Virus record (IMG/VR): IMGVR_UViG_3300045131_001670
Coordinates: 1-44,227 of that record
Source: a virus
Lineage: Duplodnaviria > Caudoviricetes
Direction: 5' to 3' (one strand)
Length of the DNA stretch: 44,227 nt
A program made the translations under genes and the position numbers. A model generated the notes under the pieces. It saw nothing but the letters and a program-made list of their open reading frames with translations, did not search any database and was not told where the DNA came from. Numbering within the stretch: position 1 is the stretch's first letter; the number at the start of each line of letters is the position of its first letter. Below are positions 10,248 to 18,909 of this stretch, one piece after another.

Positions 10248-11207
10248 TTATTTTTTCGCAGTATTTTTTAATACTGATTTGACAGCTTGCTCTTCTGTCC
10301 AGTTGAACTGGCTCATTAACTGTTGAGCATAAGCACGGAGAGTAGGATTTAAGTCAGCGGCGGTGGTAGGATTACTGCCTTTACCGGCAACTGACGTGGG
10401 CGGTACATCCGGAGTGCCGGGTTTACCTTTTGCCCTATTCTGATAGTATGACCCGATAGCCATCTGATGGGCGGCTTCAGCCAACTTCGTTTTTGTTTGT
10501 GGGTCGATACCCAGCCATGCGTCATCACTGATGCCCAATTTATTCAACTCGGCTTTCATTGCTACCGCTGTTATTCTGGCATCTTTGCCGGGAACTAACT
10601 GTTCTATTTCCCGACCAATGATGTCAACACCAACTGTCTGGTAAACCTGCGGAAGTGCCGATTTGATAGCGGCATCAACACGTTGCTGAATAATGCGGTC
10701 CTGATAAACGGCATCGTCCCACGCTTTCTGCTGTGCTGTTTCGTGGTCGTAGTTCTGTTCTACTAACTCGTAATACCGCTTTGAATAATCATCTTTAACT
10801 CTGGCGTATATCTGGTCACGGCTCTCGCCTGATGCCATCATACCTGCGTCCGGAGTCAATCCTGTTTGTTCTGCGGCGGCAGTAGTCGGATTAATCTTTC
10901 CCTGCTGTAATCGGGTAGTATAAGCTTGAAGTTCTTTGTAGCCACGCTCCAGTTCCGCAACTGAGCGATACTTATCCGCAAGCAATCTGTCCTGTCCGGC
11001 AGGTGCGATAGGATTTTCATCCACATCCGCATCCGCATCACTGTCGTCACCACCACCAGTAAAGTCGTCATCTGAACCACCTGTTTCTTCATCACCTCGC
11101 AGTGAATCAGGAACTAAGTCATCCATGTCCGAATCTTCAACGTCTATGTTGCCATCAGGCACAAGATCGCTGTAATCCGTGAAGTCATCAATAGGATTGG
11201 TCATCAT
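10248..11207 (-). CDS. Capsid scaffolding protein
   Basis: Very acidic N-terminus, LLADKYRSVAELERGYKELQ motif typical of podophage scaffolds, coiled-coil body; lies between portal and capsid. Confidence 0.75.
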   Translation of the reverse strand: MMTNPIDDFTDYSDLVPDGNIDVEDSDMDDLVPDSLRGDEETGGSDDDFTGGGDDSDADADVDENPIAPAGQDRLLADKYRSVAELERGYKELQAYTTRLQQGKINPTTAAAEQTGLTPDAGMMASGESRDQIYARVKDDYSKRYYELVEQNYDHETAQQKAWDDAVYQDRIIQQRVDAAIKSALPQVYQTVGVDIIGREIEQLVPGKDARITAVAMKAELNKLGISDDAWLGIDPQTKTKLAEAAHQMAIGSYYQNRAKGKPGTPDVPPTSVAGKGSNPTTAADLNPTLRAYAQQLMSQFNWTEEQAVKSVLKNTAKK

Positions 11208-11493
11208 CTTCCCCCTTTGTTATATGGTTTTTATCGCCCATTTCGTATTGCAGTTCCGCTATCCGTTTTGCCGGATATTCGATAACTGCCAATATAGCTT
11301 TGGCTTCTGCTATGCGTTCTATGTGCTTTGCGAATTCCGCCTTATCTCCTATAAGTGACGAGATATCCGCTGTGCATATTTCCTGTTGCAGGTGCTTTAG
11401 TCGTTTGTGTTGTTCAAGAACGAGATTACTCCATCCGGCGTTTTTAATTAAACCCATCAGAGTATTCATTTCTGTTCGCTTTTCTTGACTCAT
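11188..11493 (-). CDS. Small helical head-module protein
   Basis: 101 aa between portal and scaffold, a common position in podophages. Confidence 0.6.
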   Translation of the reverse strand: MSQEKRTEMNTLMGLIKNAGWSNLVLEQHKRLKHLQQEICTADISSLIGDKAEFAKHIERIAEAKAILAVIEYPAKRIAELQYEMGDKNHITKGEDDDQSY

Positions 11494-11498
11494 ATAGT

Positions 11499-13502
11499 TT
11501 AAATACCTTCTTCCACGTTAGGACCCGAACGATGCTCAGGGTCATTAACTGTTTCTGGCGGCGGCGGTGTAACGCCTTCCGGCAATGGTGCTGAACCAGG
11601 ACCACCTTCACCGCCTGACAGGTCAAACTCTGACATATCAGCACCCGATGCTCCCGGAGGAACAACTCCTTGTGACTGTGCTAATGCTGCGGCAGCCTGT
11701 TCCTGTTGACGCTTAAACATTTCTATGGATTCTTCTTCAGTGCCGATATAGCGTTCCGGAGTCAAACCTTTGGATTTAATCAAGTCGTACGTCAGGTTAT
11801 AAACATATTTGGGATTCTGGGCAACCAGCGGAGATCCGATTAACTGATAGATTTCCTGCACTGACTGGTTATAGCGTTCTTTAGATGCGGTAGTTGTGCC
11901 GCCGCCGGTGCAGAATATTTTCATGTATTCCATCTGGTCAAATGCCATCTCGATGGGGATTGCGTATCTTTCGGCACAAGCTATGTCCCAGCGTTTCTTT
12001 ACGAACTCTGAACCCTGGTGCTGATAATACAATGACGCTATCATCGCACCAAGTTTATCGATCTCACGTGTAATGCGTTGCGTCATCTGTGCTTTGATTT
12101 CCTGACCGCTGGCAATCATTCTTTCCACTTCTCTTGCGGTGGTGTTGCCGCCGGACTTAGCACCCATTTCGGTAAAGGATTCTCCCACCATCAACTGTGC
12201 TTTGGTATCCAGATATACCTGCAAACCTTGCGCCATTGTTGGTGCGAACCCTGTTATTCGCTGTGTGTATAATTCGAGGAATTCTTTCAGATTAGGAATA
12301 GGAACAACTTTCCCTGGACCACGATTCGCTCTATCCTGTATGCGTTGAAGTTTATCATCACCCAGTCTTGCATCGATAAACTCTTCCGGCATTAAGCCTA
12401 ATGACATACTGTCCAGAGTTAATCGCAGAAGGAATGTTTGCGCCTGTTGGAAGTCCCCGGCTAAATCCGCAAGGCTATCCGAGATAATACCATGCTTTGA
12501 TAACTGTGGCTTAATAACTACCACAGGACGCTGTCCATGCCACCACTGATTTGGGCGGAAGGATAACACTATGTTGGTCGGTTTATGCATGACCATGACC
12601 CAGTCTTCCGCCGCCGTATCTTCAGCGTTTTTCGGGTTATAGTGAAAATATACTTCGTAGATATCATACGGATTGGCGAGGAAGTTAAACGGATCATTCG
12701 TGGGTTGCTGATTAATTCCGGCTTGCTCTTCATCGTTGGATTTCTTAGCTTCAGTTTCCGGAGTGCGGTACTGTTCGGAAAGTTTCTTTACAGCGTCCTT
12801 ATCGTAAATCCCAACTTCAACGCCTTGCAGCAATTCATTCCCGGTCACATTCTTTTTAATCCATAACCCAAATGACCTTTGAACATCGCCGTCAACGGAA
12901 GGTATTGTTCCAAAGTTTTCAATGGTCAATAATGAAACAACCGGACTGTCGCTGATAATCTCTTTTTTAGCGTTGGCTTTACGCTGATAGTCATCTTCTA
13001 CTACAGCGTCCTCTCCTGTATCCCATCGGGTTTTGCGACCCATCAGGCGTTCCCAGCAAACGTACATACCGGCAGTGCCGTCATCCAAAGCACTCTTCAT
13101 AACAGTTTCCATAACCTCTTCCATGCCCATCGTTTCTGTTATTTCCTGCTGCAGGAATGTCTGTATACTTTCAGCAAAAGGTTTCTTTGTTTCCCCTCTG
13201 CCGTCCACTGTCAGTACAGGATCGTTGCCAAATACCGCTCTCATCAACTGTGCTTCCATTGCGTTGCGTGATGTCTTAAGCATCGGCACTACCAGTTCGC
13301 ACTGACCTTCCCAGCGGAAATTGCTGACAGGCTGAGCAGAGTCGTATAATTTGCGATTCTCCATGATTTTATCCATCAGCACACTGCGGTCCTCGATGGA
13401 TGAATCAATGAAGGAATCTATCATTAGAAAAGCTTGAGTAGCCTCATCTTCATCTACATGAATTGGGGTTCGGTATTCTTTAACTGGATTTTTCTCTATC
13501 AT
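11499..13502 (-). CDS. Portal protein (P22-like)
   Basis: 667 aa directly after terL. Segments SALDDGTAGMYVCW, ISDSLADLAGDFQQ and TTAREVERM, plus an acidic/Pro-rich tail. Confidence 0.85.
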   Translation of the reverse strand: MIEKNPVKEYRTPIHVDEDEATQAFLMIDSFIDSSIEDRSVLMDKIMENRKLYDSAQPVSNFRWEGQCELVVPMLKTSRNAMEAQLMRAVFGNDPVLTVDGRGETKKPFAESIQTFLQQEITETMGMEEVMETVMKSALDDGTAGMYVCWERLMGRKTRWDTGEDAVVEDDYQRKANAKKEIISDSPVVSLLTIENFGTIPSVDGDVQRSFGLWIKKNVTGNELLQGVEVGIYDKDAVKKLSEQYRTPETEAKKSNDEEQAGINQQPTNDPFNFLANPYDIYEVYFHYNPKNAEDTAAEDWVMVMHKPTNIVLSFRPNQWWHGQRPVVVIKPQLSKHGIISDSLADLAGDFQQAQTFLLRLTLDSMSLGLMPEEFIDARLGDDKLQRIQDRANRGPGKVVPIPNLKEFLELYTQRITGFAPTMAQGLQVYLDTKAQLMVGESFTEMGAKSGGNTTAREVERMIASGQEIKAQMTQRITREIDKLGAMIASLYYQHQGSEFVKKRWDIACAERYAIPIEMAFDQMEYMKIFCTGGGTTTASKERYNQSVQEIYQLIGSPLVAQNPKYVYNLTYDLIKSKGLTPERYIGTEEESIEMFKRQQEQAAAALAQSQGVVPPGASGADMSEFDLSGGEGGPGSAPLPEGVTPPPPETVNDPEHRSGPNVEEGI

Positions 13503-14917
13503 AACCCTGCCCTGCCAAAAAGATTTTTGCGTGTTGTCGGGTCTTTGTACATCGACAATTCTTTGCGGTACTGATTGAAGAACTCGTCCACTGTAACGAC
13601 TTCTCTTTTCGTTTCAGTCCTGTTCCACAACTCTGATAACGCCGTACTGCCCAAAGGTTTACACGCTAACGCCAACGCAATAACAGTGTCATCGTGCATC
13701 CCGTTGGGTGCATTATACTGTACCAGACCTGATTGTGGCAATACTTTCATCACATAACTTTTCAGTTCATCTTTTCGCACAGGATCGTCTAAAACCTTCA
13801 AAGTATTAGTCTGGAATCCCAATGATAATCTATCCATCAATTGCTTTTTAGCCCTGTTGTGATTGTCCCATGCGTCCACATTCAAACCCATTGCAGTCAG
13901 TGATTCAATAATCGGGTCGCCGATGGAGTTCTTCTCCGCTATGATGTATGTCGGTTTCCACAACTTCGACAACAACATCAACCGGATTGCCTGGACCGAA
14001 TAATCCACCTGATTTGACCTGTCCAGATATACCTCTTCCTGTGCGGTTAAATCGACAACAGACATTGCTGTATAGTCGTTTGTCTTGCCCCAGTCCACAC
14101 CAATTGAGTAAGTGTGTTCCGGGTTGTAAACTCTCGACCCCGGCTGAATGCAACAGCAATTCTCAATATTTGTGAACGCACCACCGGCATCGTCCATAAA
14201 TTCTGCCAATATTTCCTGACGAAACGAATATTCCGGCATTGTCTGGAATGCGTCCAGTATTTCCTCAAACGGAATCAATGGGTTTTCCAACGGATGCGGT
14301 ACACGAACAAGAGTACCATTGGAAATTTCACACCCTACTGTCGGAGCAACGAATGATTCCATTGACCCATCTTTGCAACCCATCGCCCTGATATGTTCAC
14401 GATAATACCAGTTCCGTCCTTTAGGTGTTCCGCCGATTAACGCACCGCCACGTGTCGTCATCAGCATCGGTCTTAAAACTTCATACCACGCCTTTTCGCC
14501 TACGTCACCAGCTTCGTCTATCAGCACGTCATCAGCAGTAAAACCACGTGCGTTGTCCGGGTCATCCAATGACCGGAACATTATCTTTCCGTGCTTGTGC
14601 GATGGATTAGATGGATTATAAAATTGCAGTGTCTGTTCCGATTTTCGTGGCTCATAAAATCGGTAATCTCTTAACGCTCTTTCGCAGAAGTCCCATCCAA
14701 TACTTACCTGGTCAGCGGTTGGCGCACCCCAAAATAAGTCCCTGCCATCACGCACTGAACCCATAATCGCACGAATAGCGAATGTTGTAGTCTTAAACCA
14801 TCGTCTTCCTGCACTCAGGAAAACGAAACGTGCCTGTGAATTAAGAACTGCCTGTTGTCCGGGATGGGGATGAGGTAAATCAATACGAGCGTTAGTGGTG
14901 GAGTTAAGTCGTGCCAT
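13499..14917 (-). CDS. terL: Terminase large subunit
   Basis: PHPGQ adenine motif, Walker A-like AGRRWFKT, Walker B VLIDEA, GTPKG motif III, nuclease IGVDWG and HDDTVIALALA. Confidence 0.95.
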   Translation of the reverse strand: MARLNSTTNARIDLPHPHPGQQAVLNSQARFVFLSAGRRWFKTTTFAIRAIMGSVRDGRDLFWGAPTADQVSIGWDFCERALRDYRFYEPRKSEQTLQFYNPSNPSHKHGKIMFRSLDDPDNARGFTADDVLIDEAGDVGEKAWYEVLRPMLMTTRGGALIGGTPKGRNWYYREHIRAMGCKDGSMESFVAPTVGCEISNGTLVRVPHPLENPLIPFEEILDAFQTMPEYSFRQEILAEFMDDAGGAFTNIENCCCIQPGSRVYNPEHTYSIGVDWGKTNDYTAMSVVDLTAQEEVYLDRSNQVDYSVQAIRLMLLSKLWKPTYIIAEKNSIGDPIIESLTAMGLNVDAWDNHNRAKKQLMDRLSLGFQTNTLKVLDDPVRKDELKSYVMKVLPQSGLVQYNAPNGMHDDTVIALALACKPLGSTALSELWNRTETKREVVTVDEFFNQYRKELSMYKDPTTRKNLFGRAGL

Positions 14918-15431
14918 CTGTATCCACCTCCTCTGTGATGTTAATTTCCGGCATCTCCGCTACTATTTCCTGTTCCTCGTTTCCGGTCTTCTTAACTCCC
15001 CAGTCATTAACGAAATTAAACTCCACCTTAATCGTTCCCTGTTTCGCCAAATCAACCAGATTGTTATTCCTGCTGCCGACATCTCCAGTCATCTCTAACA
15101 GCATCCTCCGGTCATTATAGCCATCTCTGCCTGGTGCCGTAGCTGTTTCAATGGAAGCCTTCAACACCTCAGGAATGATATCAAGCAAAGCCGATCGGCG
15201 TAACTCGGTCAGTCGTTGCTGCAACTTTGGATTGCACAAATAACTCGACACAGTTCTCAGTGGAATCCCGGTGTCAATACTCATCTGTTTCTGAGTCTTT
15301 TTATAATTCTCAGGATTCAACGCATACACAACAAAGCCGTAGAGTTTTGGATTTTCCAGAATCTTCCGGTCCAACTCTTCGACTATGTCTTCCATCTTCG
15401 CAACCTTAGACGCAAGTTTCGCAACACTCAT
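14904..15431 (-). CDS. terS: Terminase small subunit (HTH-containing)
   Basis: HTH-like TQKQMSIDTGIPLRTVSSY; overlaps the terL start. Confidence 0.7.
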   Translation of the reverse strand: MSVAKLASKVAKMEDIVEELDRKILENPKLYGFVVYALNPENYKKTQKQMSIDTGIPLRTVSSYLCNPKLQQRLTELRRSALLDIIPEVLKASIETATAPGRDGYNDRRMLLEMTGDVGSRNNNLVDLAKQGTIKVEFNFVNDWGVKKTGNEEQEIVAEMPEINITEEVDTDGTT

Positions 15432-15437
15432 GCATTT

Positions 15438-15467
15438 ATTTTATTCACTACATCAAAAAAAAGTCAA
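15438..15467 (-). promoter_or_regulatory. Sigma70-type promoter immediately before terS
   Basis: TTGACT-18 nt-TAAAAT on the minus strand, 6 nt before the terS ATG. Confidence 0.55.
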
Positions 15468-15475
15468 TAGGTTTT

Positions 15476-15685
15476 TTAATCTCTTTTGTTATGAACATCG
15501 ATGTCACGCAATGATGCTGAATGAGTCAGGAAAAATACTGCCAAAAGCAACAGCAAATCCAACGCCAGCCAACCCATCTTCACCACCAGGTCATCACTGT
15601 TTTCAACATGGTTATGCAATACTCTCATCAGATAACCGCATATCAAACCGCCTATGCTGTACAGAAAATTAGAATGTTTCTTCAT
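15476..15685 (-). CDS. Small membrane protein
   Basis: 69 aa, two hydrophobic segments, GGGAG RBS. Confidence 0.55.
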   Translation of the reverse strand: MKKHSNFLYSIGGLICGYLMRVLHNHVENSDDLVVKMGWLALDLLLLLAVFFLTHSASLRDIDVHNKRD

Positions 15686-15822
15686 ATCTCAACTCCCACA
15701 AAATAAAAAAGTCCTCCGGGATCTAAGTAACTCAGTCTATAATCAAGACGTTCTTAAAGCGGAGGACTATTTGTAACCTGCACCGGGATTCCTCCCCTGC
15801 CATTTGCTACAAAAAAATAATA

Positions 15823-16209
15823 CTACTCGGATTCTTCATTGTCAAGCAGGGATAATTCCTCTGCCAACTTATTATCGGTTTCAGTGATAACCGGCTCACT
15901 ATCACTTTCGGTTTTTCTCGCCCACAAGAATATCGGGTTAGGATATACTTCATGCAGTTTAGTTGCGTTCATTCTCGCCAGAAACTTCGCAGCACTTTCT
16001 AATGTCATATTCAACTGATTGCTAATTGCCACTATCAGCAACGATGAATCATAAACAACAATCGACCGCAAAACAACATCAGGACACAAAATGTGACTCA
16101 ACCCGATAATGCAGTCATCCAGTCCATGCAGTTTTAAAATAGGATATTCCACGCCATCCACATTCAAACTGACTAATTCTACCAAGCCTTCATCTTTCTT
16201 TTCAGACAT
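15823..16209 (-). CDS. Hypothetical phage protein
   Basis: LHGLDDCIIGL...VVYD motif resembles a widespread uncharacterised phage family. Confidence 0.65.
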   Translation of the reverse strand: MSEKKDEGLVELVSLNVDGVEYPILKLHGLDDCIIGLSHILCPDVVLRSIVVYDSSLLIVAISNQLNMTLESAAKFLARMNATKLHEVYPNPIFLWARKTESDSEPVITETDNKLAEELSLLDNEESE

Positions 16210-16235
16210 CGATTTCCCACTTCAAAAGTAAAACC

Positions 16236-16347
16236 CTCTAAGCAAGCACCGGAGAGTTAAGGGTCGGTATACACGCTTGCGTCACCCACCACCTTAGCGA
16301 CATTCGCCGATCCAGTAGTTCGCATTTAGAATACTACTCACTAAGAG
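16236..16347 (-). ncRNA. Candidate structured intergenic RNA
   Basis: Minus-strand closing stem CTCTTAGTGAGTA/TGCTTGCTTAGAG (with G-U pairs) enclosing helices CTGGA/TCCGG, GGCGA/TCGCT and AAGG..ACGC-AA-GCGT..CCTT. Confidence 0.4.
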
Positions 16348-16353
16348 CAGTTG

Positions 16354-16986
16354 TCAACCACATCTAAAAGCTTTAGATCTTTTTTTCTCCAGTTCCTTAT
16401 CACGGATAGAAACACGCAGGTCCATCAGTTCAGTTCTGCACAAAGAATGGCTGTCCTTCTCCGCAATCAACTCACGCTGACAATCAATTAGTTGTCGTTG
16501 CAAAACTTTTATTTGAGTATCCTCTGAATCGTTAACCGGTTCAGACATTTCTTTTTGACTCATACGATTAATTATTTCCTCCAAATGCTCCTTAAGCTTT
16601 TTATTCTCAAGCAATATACTATTGGCGTAATTAACCACAGGGTCGCCCGGTTGATAACGAATACCCAACAACATCTTGAATTGAGATTGGGCAGATTCCA
16701 ACTCTTCCTTAAGCCGAAGGTTCTCAGCAATTATATCTTCCTCAACACCTCTGAAAACATCCTCGCCCTCAACAGGTTTCCAGTCCTTCGCAATTGCCTT
16801 GTCGAAAACCTCACGCAACGTTTCACCAGAAGCTATCGCCGCAAACAACTGCTTCTCAACGTTCATATGCTCGATAGTCCACAAACCTTCAACAGAGTAC
16901 AAGCAACAGTCGGATTTCTTTAAACCTTTTAAAAAGTCTAACAAATCGCAATCACCGCAAATGCGGTTGCATTCTATGCACTTCAT
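16354..16986 (-). CDS. Hypothetical protein, N-terminal Cys cluster plus coiled coil
   Basis: CxxCxxxCxxC start, heptad-rich C-terminal half, AAGGGGG RBS. Confidence 0.65.
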   Translation of the reverse strand: MKCIECNRICGDCDLLDFLKGLKKSDCCLYSVEGLWTIEHMNVEKQLFAAIASGETLREVFDKAIAKDWKPVEGEDVFRGVEEDIIAENLRLKEELESAQSQFKMLLGIRYQPGDPVVNYANSILLENKKLKEHLEEIINRMSQKEMSEPVNDSEDTQIKVLQRQLIDCQRELIAEKDSHSLCRTELMDLRVSIRDKELEKKRSKAFRCG

Positions 16987-17008
16987 TCTTTTTCCCCCTT
17001 TTTAATAT

Positions 17009-17081
17009 TGGGCAGGGTGTGGGACTCGAACCCACAATACAGAGAGCGACTCTGCCACGATACCATTTCATCAACCCCACC
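17009..17081 (-). tRNA. Atypical tRNA-like gene (nominal anticodon CGC, Ala; possibly a pseudo-tRNA)
   Basis: G GTGGGGT TG ATGA-AATGGTA-TCGT G GCAGA-GTCGCTC-TCTGT ATT GTGGG-TTCGAGT-CCCAC ACCCTGC CCA. Full cloverleaf with canonical D and T loops and a non-canonical anticodon loop. Confidence 0.7.
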
Positions 17082-17095
17082 TAACAACTAAAAAT

Positions 17096-17124
17096 AGTCT
17101 ACCACCCACTTTAAACTTTTACAA
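17096..17124 (-). promoter_or_regulatory. Leftward promoter for the tRNA-like gene and downstream ORFs
   Basis: TTGTAA-17 nt-TAGACT with TG extension on the minus strand, about 15 nt upstream of the tRNA-like gene. Confidence 0.55.
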
Positions 17125-17133
17125 TACTTTTTA

Positions 17134-17162
17134 TTGACTTTTACAAATTAATTTGATAAAAT
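17134..17162 (+). promoter_or_regulatory. Rightward sigma70-type promoter
   Basis: TTGACT-17 nt-TAAAAT, back-to-back with the leftward promoter. Confidence 0.65.
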
Positions 17163-17189
17163 ATTAAAAAATTATGAAAGGCTAACAAA

Positions 17190-17354
17190 ATGAAAACAAA
17201 AAAACGACAAATTAACATCCACGTCACTGAACAACTCTACGACAAAATCAAACAACTCGCTGTAAAAGAAACCGCCAACACCGGAGAAATAACCTCTGTC
17301 CTCGACTACGCAACAGCAGTATTATTAAAACACGTTGCCGAAAAGAGCAAATAA
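17190..17354 (+). CDS. Small ribbon-helix-helix-like DNA-binding protein (54 aa, below the ORF track cutoff)
   Basis: MKTKKRQINIHVTEQLYDKIKQLAVKETANTGEITSVLDYATAVLLKHVAEKSK: alternating beta strand followed by two helices. Confidence 0.6.
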   Translation: MKTKKRQINIHVTEQLYDKIKQLAVKETANTGEITSVLDYATAVLLKHVAEKSK

Positions 17355-17356
17355 GA

Positions 17357-17731
17357 ATGTCTAAAAAATGGTGGTTTAAAATGCCAACCGAGTTATACAA
17401 AGAGCGGAACTATCTGCTTAAAGAAAGAGATGGCGGGTTAATCTATTCCATATACATCGCTATGCTTTCCGAAAGCGTTAAGTATAACGGCAAACTGATG
17501 ATGTCACAATCACAACCACACACCAAAGAATCATTAGTCAAACTAATAGGCATAGGAAACATCAGAACCATGAACAGAGTAATCGATATCCTACAAGCAC
17601 ACAAGCTTATAGAATATAGCGAAAAACACAAATACTACTTTATGACTGAAATACCAGAATTAACCATGTCCAGGCAAACACTTGCATCATATAGAGCAAA
17701 CAACAGATATAAAGAAATAGACGAAAAATAA
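17357..17731 (+). CDS. Phage replisome-organizer N-terminal domain protein (stand-alone or truncated)
   Basis: WWFKMPTELY...GGLIYSIYIAMLSES..NGKL...PHTKESLVKL...LIEY matches my recollection of the Phage_rep_org_N pattern; only 124 aa. Confidence 0.7.
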   Translation: MSKKWWFKMPTELYKERNYLLKERDGGLIYSIYIAMLSESVKYNGKLMMSQSQPHTKESLVKLIGIGNIRTMNRVIDILQAHKLIEYSEKHKYYFMTEIPELTMSRQTLASYRANNRYKEIDEK

Positions 17732-17797
17732 CCAAATGTTTCGTCAAAGTTTGACCAAACATTTACGAAACTTTAACCAAAGTTTGACCAAACTTTT
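17731..17797. repeat. Iteron-like direct repeats (possible origin)
   Basis: CAAAGTTTGACCAAAC occurs twice, with degenerate copies (ACCAAATGTTTCGT, GAAACTTTAACC), directly after the replisome-organizer ORF. Confidence 0.6.
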
Positions 17798-18693
17798 ACT
17801 CTCACTCCCTCTCAAAAAAAACATACAGTTGGTATACAAAACGGTATACACAGTTATAATAAGATGTAGCTTTGAGATCGTGGGGTATTCCGGCATACGC
17901 CGTACCCCCGACACGGCACGAAGCGCATAAAGCCAATTCTACACAAAACACAAACCCACAAAAAAAATACCACCCACTACCACGCTAACAACAACCGCCA
18001 AAGCACCACCCTTTCGGTATTTGAGATGTTGGGAAAATGGGGCGAGGGGGTATGATGACATAAATGGAACGGGCGGTCGGCGAACGGGTTCGCTACTACC
18101 CTACACACAAAACCACCTATTGGAACGCTCCAAATGAATGCTGATTGACCTGATTGGATCCAGTAATCAGGCAGAATGATACCAATGAAGGGGGAGGGGT
18201 GGGGATTGGCATTGCTGCAGGAAGATCGCAGCAGGTTGCCCGGACAATACCGCCATTTGGCAATTAACGTCTGATAATGACCATTTTGTAAAGTGAATTT
18301 AGCATCATTACAACATTTTACAACACCTGTTTAGCAGATGTAGCTTTAATACCGATTATTGCGGACAAATGCAGGATTTCTGGCCGCCAGGCGGATTCTG
18401 GGCATTTGGCGCAAATGTGCTATTCGTTGAGAGGGCGGAGTAGCATTATTGTGCCAAATTGGAGTTATCACCCTATGCGTCCGTGTATCGGGAGCGGTTC
18501 CGGTGGCAACCTATCATATCTCCCTTCTCCCCGTCATTTTTCTATAAATCCTTCATTTTGCCGCTATTTTCGCCATTTCCATCCTTATATATGCAATAGC
18601 CGTATTAGGTACGATTTAAATCATTATTTCCTTCTCATCGACATTATTTTTCAATTATTTTCAAAAAAAGTGGTAAAATTGACCAAAAAGGGG

Positions 18694-18722
18694 TTGACGC
18701 CCCTTGCTACGAGGTATATTAT
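18694..18722 (+). promoter_or_regulatory. Strong early promoter of the plus-strand cassette
   Basis: TTGACG-17 nt-TATTAT preceded by A/T tracts (UP-element-like). Confidence 0.8.
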
Positions 18723-18775
18723 AGGTATCAGGATAGCGATTTGAGAGGGAATCCTCAGTAATATGTTTCTATTTG

Positions 18776-18843
18776 CCTTTAGTAGCGGTCTGGACGAACT
18801 CCAGAAGATACCATTTAAACGTGGTGATAAGACGGTCTGAGGC
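18776..18843 (+). ncRNA. Unclassified three-way-junction RNA candidate
   Basis: Closing GCCTT(T)AG/CTGAGGC; hairpins TCTGGA-CGAAC-TCCAGA and TACCA-TTTAAACG-TGGTG; purine-rich linkers. Confidence 0.45.
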
Positions 18844-18845
18844 TA

Positions 18846-18909
18846 TATGATGTCATGGCGGTATTTTCCGCTATCTGACGATGGTCTAATTTAAGACCGA
18901 AACATTATA
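18846..18909 (+). ncRNA. Hammerhead ribozyme, type III
   Basis: Stem III TATGATGT/ACATTATA, GTC cleavage triplet (cut after 18854), stem I ATGGCGG/CCGCTAT, core CTGACGA(T), stem II GGTCT/AGACC, GAAA. Confidence 0.9.

Noticed and set aside
16990-17010. Theta (HDV-like) ribozyme at the 3' trailer of the tRNA-like gene
   Set aside because: The trailer is only about 20 nt and consists of the RBS of the next gene; no HDV fold is possible.
17731-17797. Mini CRISPR array
   Set aside because: Repeats are 16 nt with a short, repeat-like spacer and there are no cas genes; better explained as iterons.
18406-18744. 112-aa plus-strand ORF
   Set aside because: TTG start without RBS, low-complexity composition, and it runs across the early promoter; more likely non-coding.
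18776-18843. Assignment as pistol, hairpin, hatchet or twister-sister ribozyme
   Set aside because: Partial words (TTAAA, ATAAG, AGAA, GGTC) are present, but the required pseudoknot or loop registers cannot be built; left unclassified.
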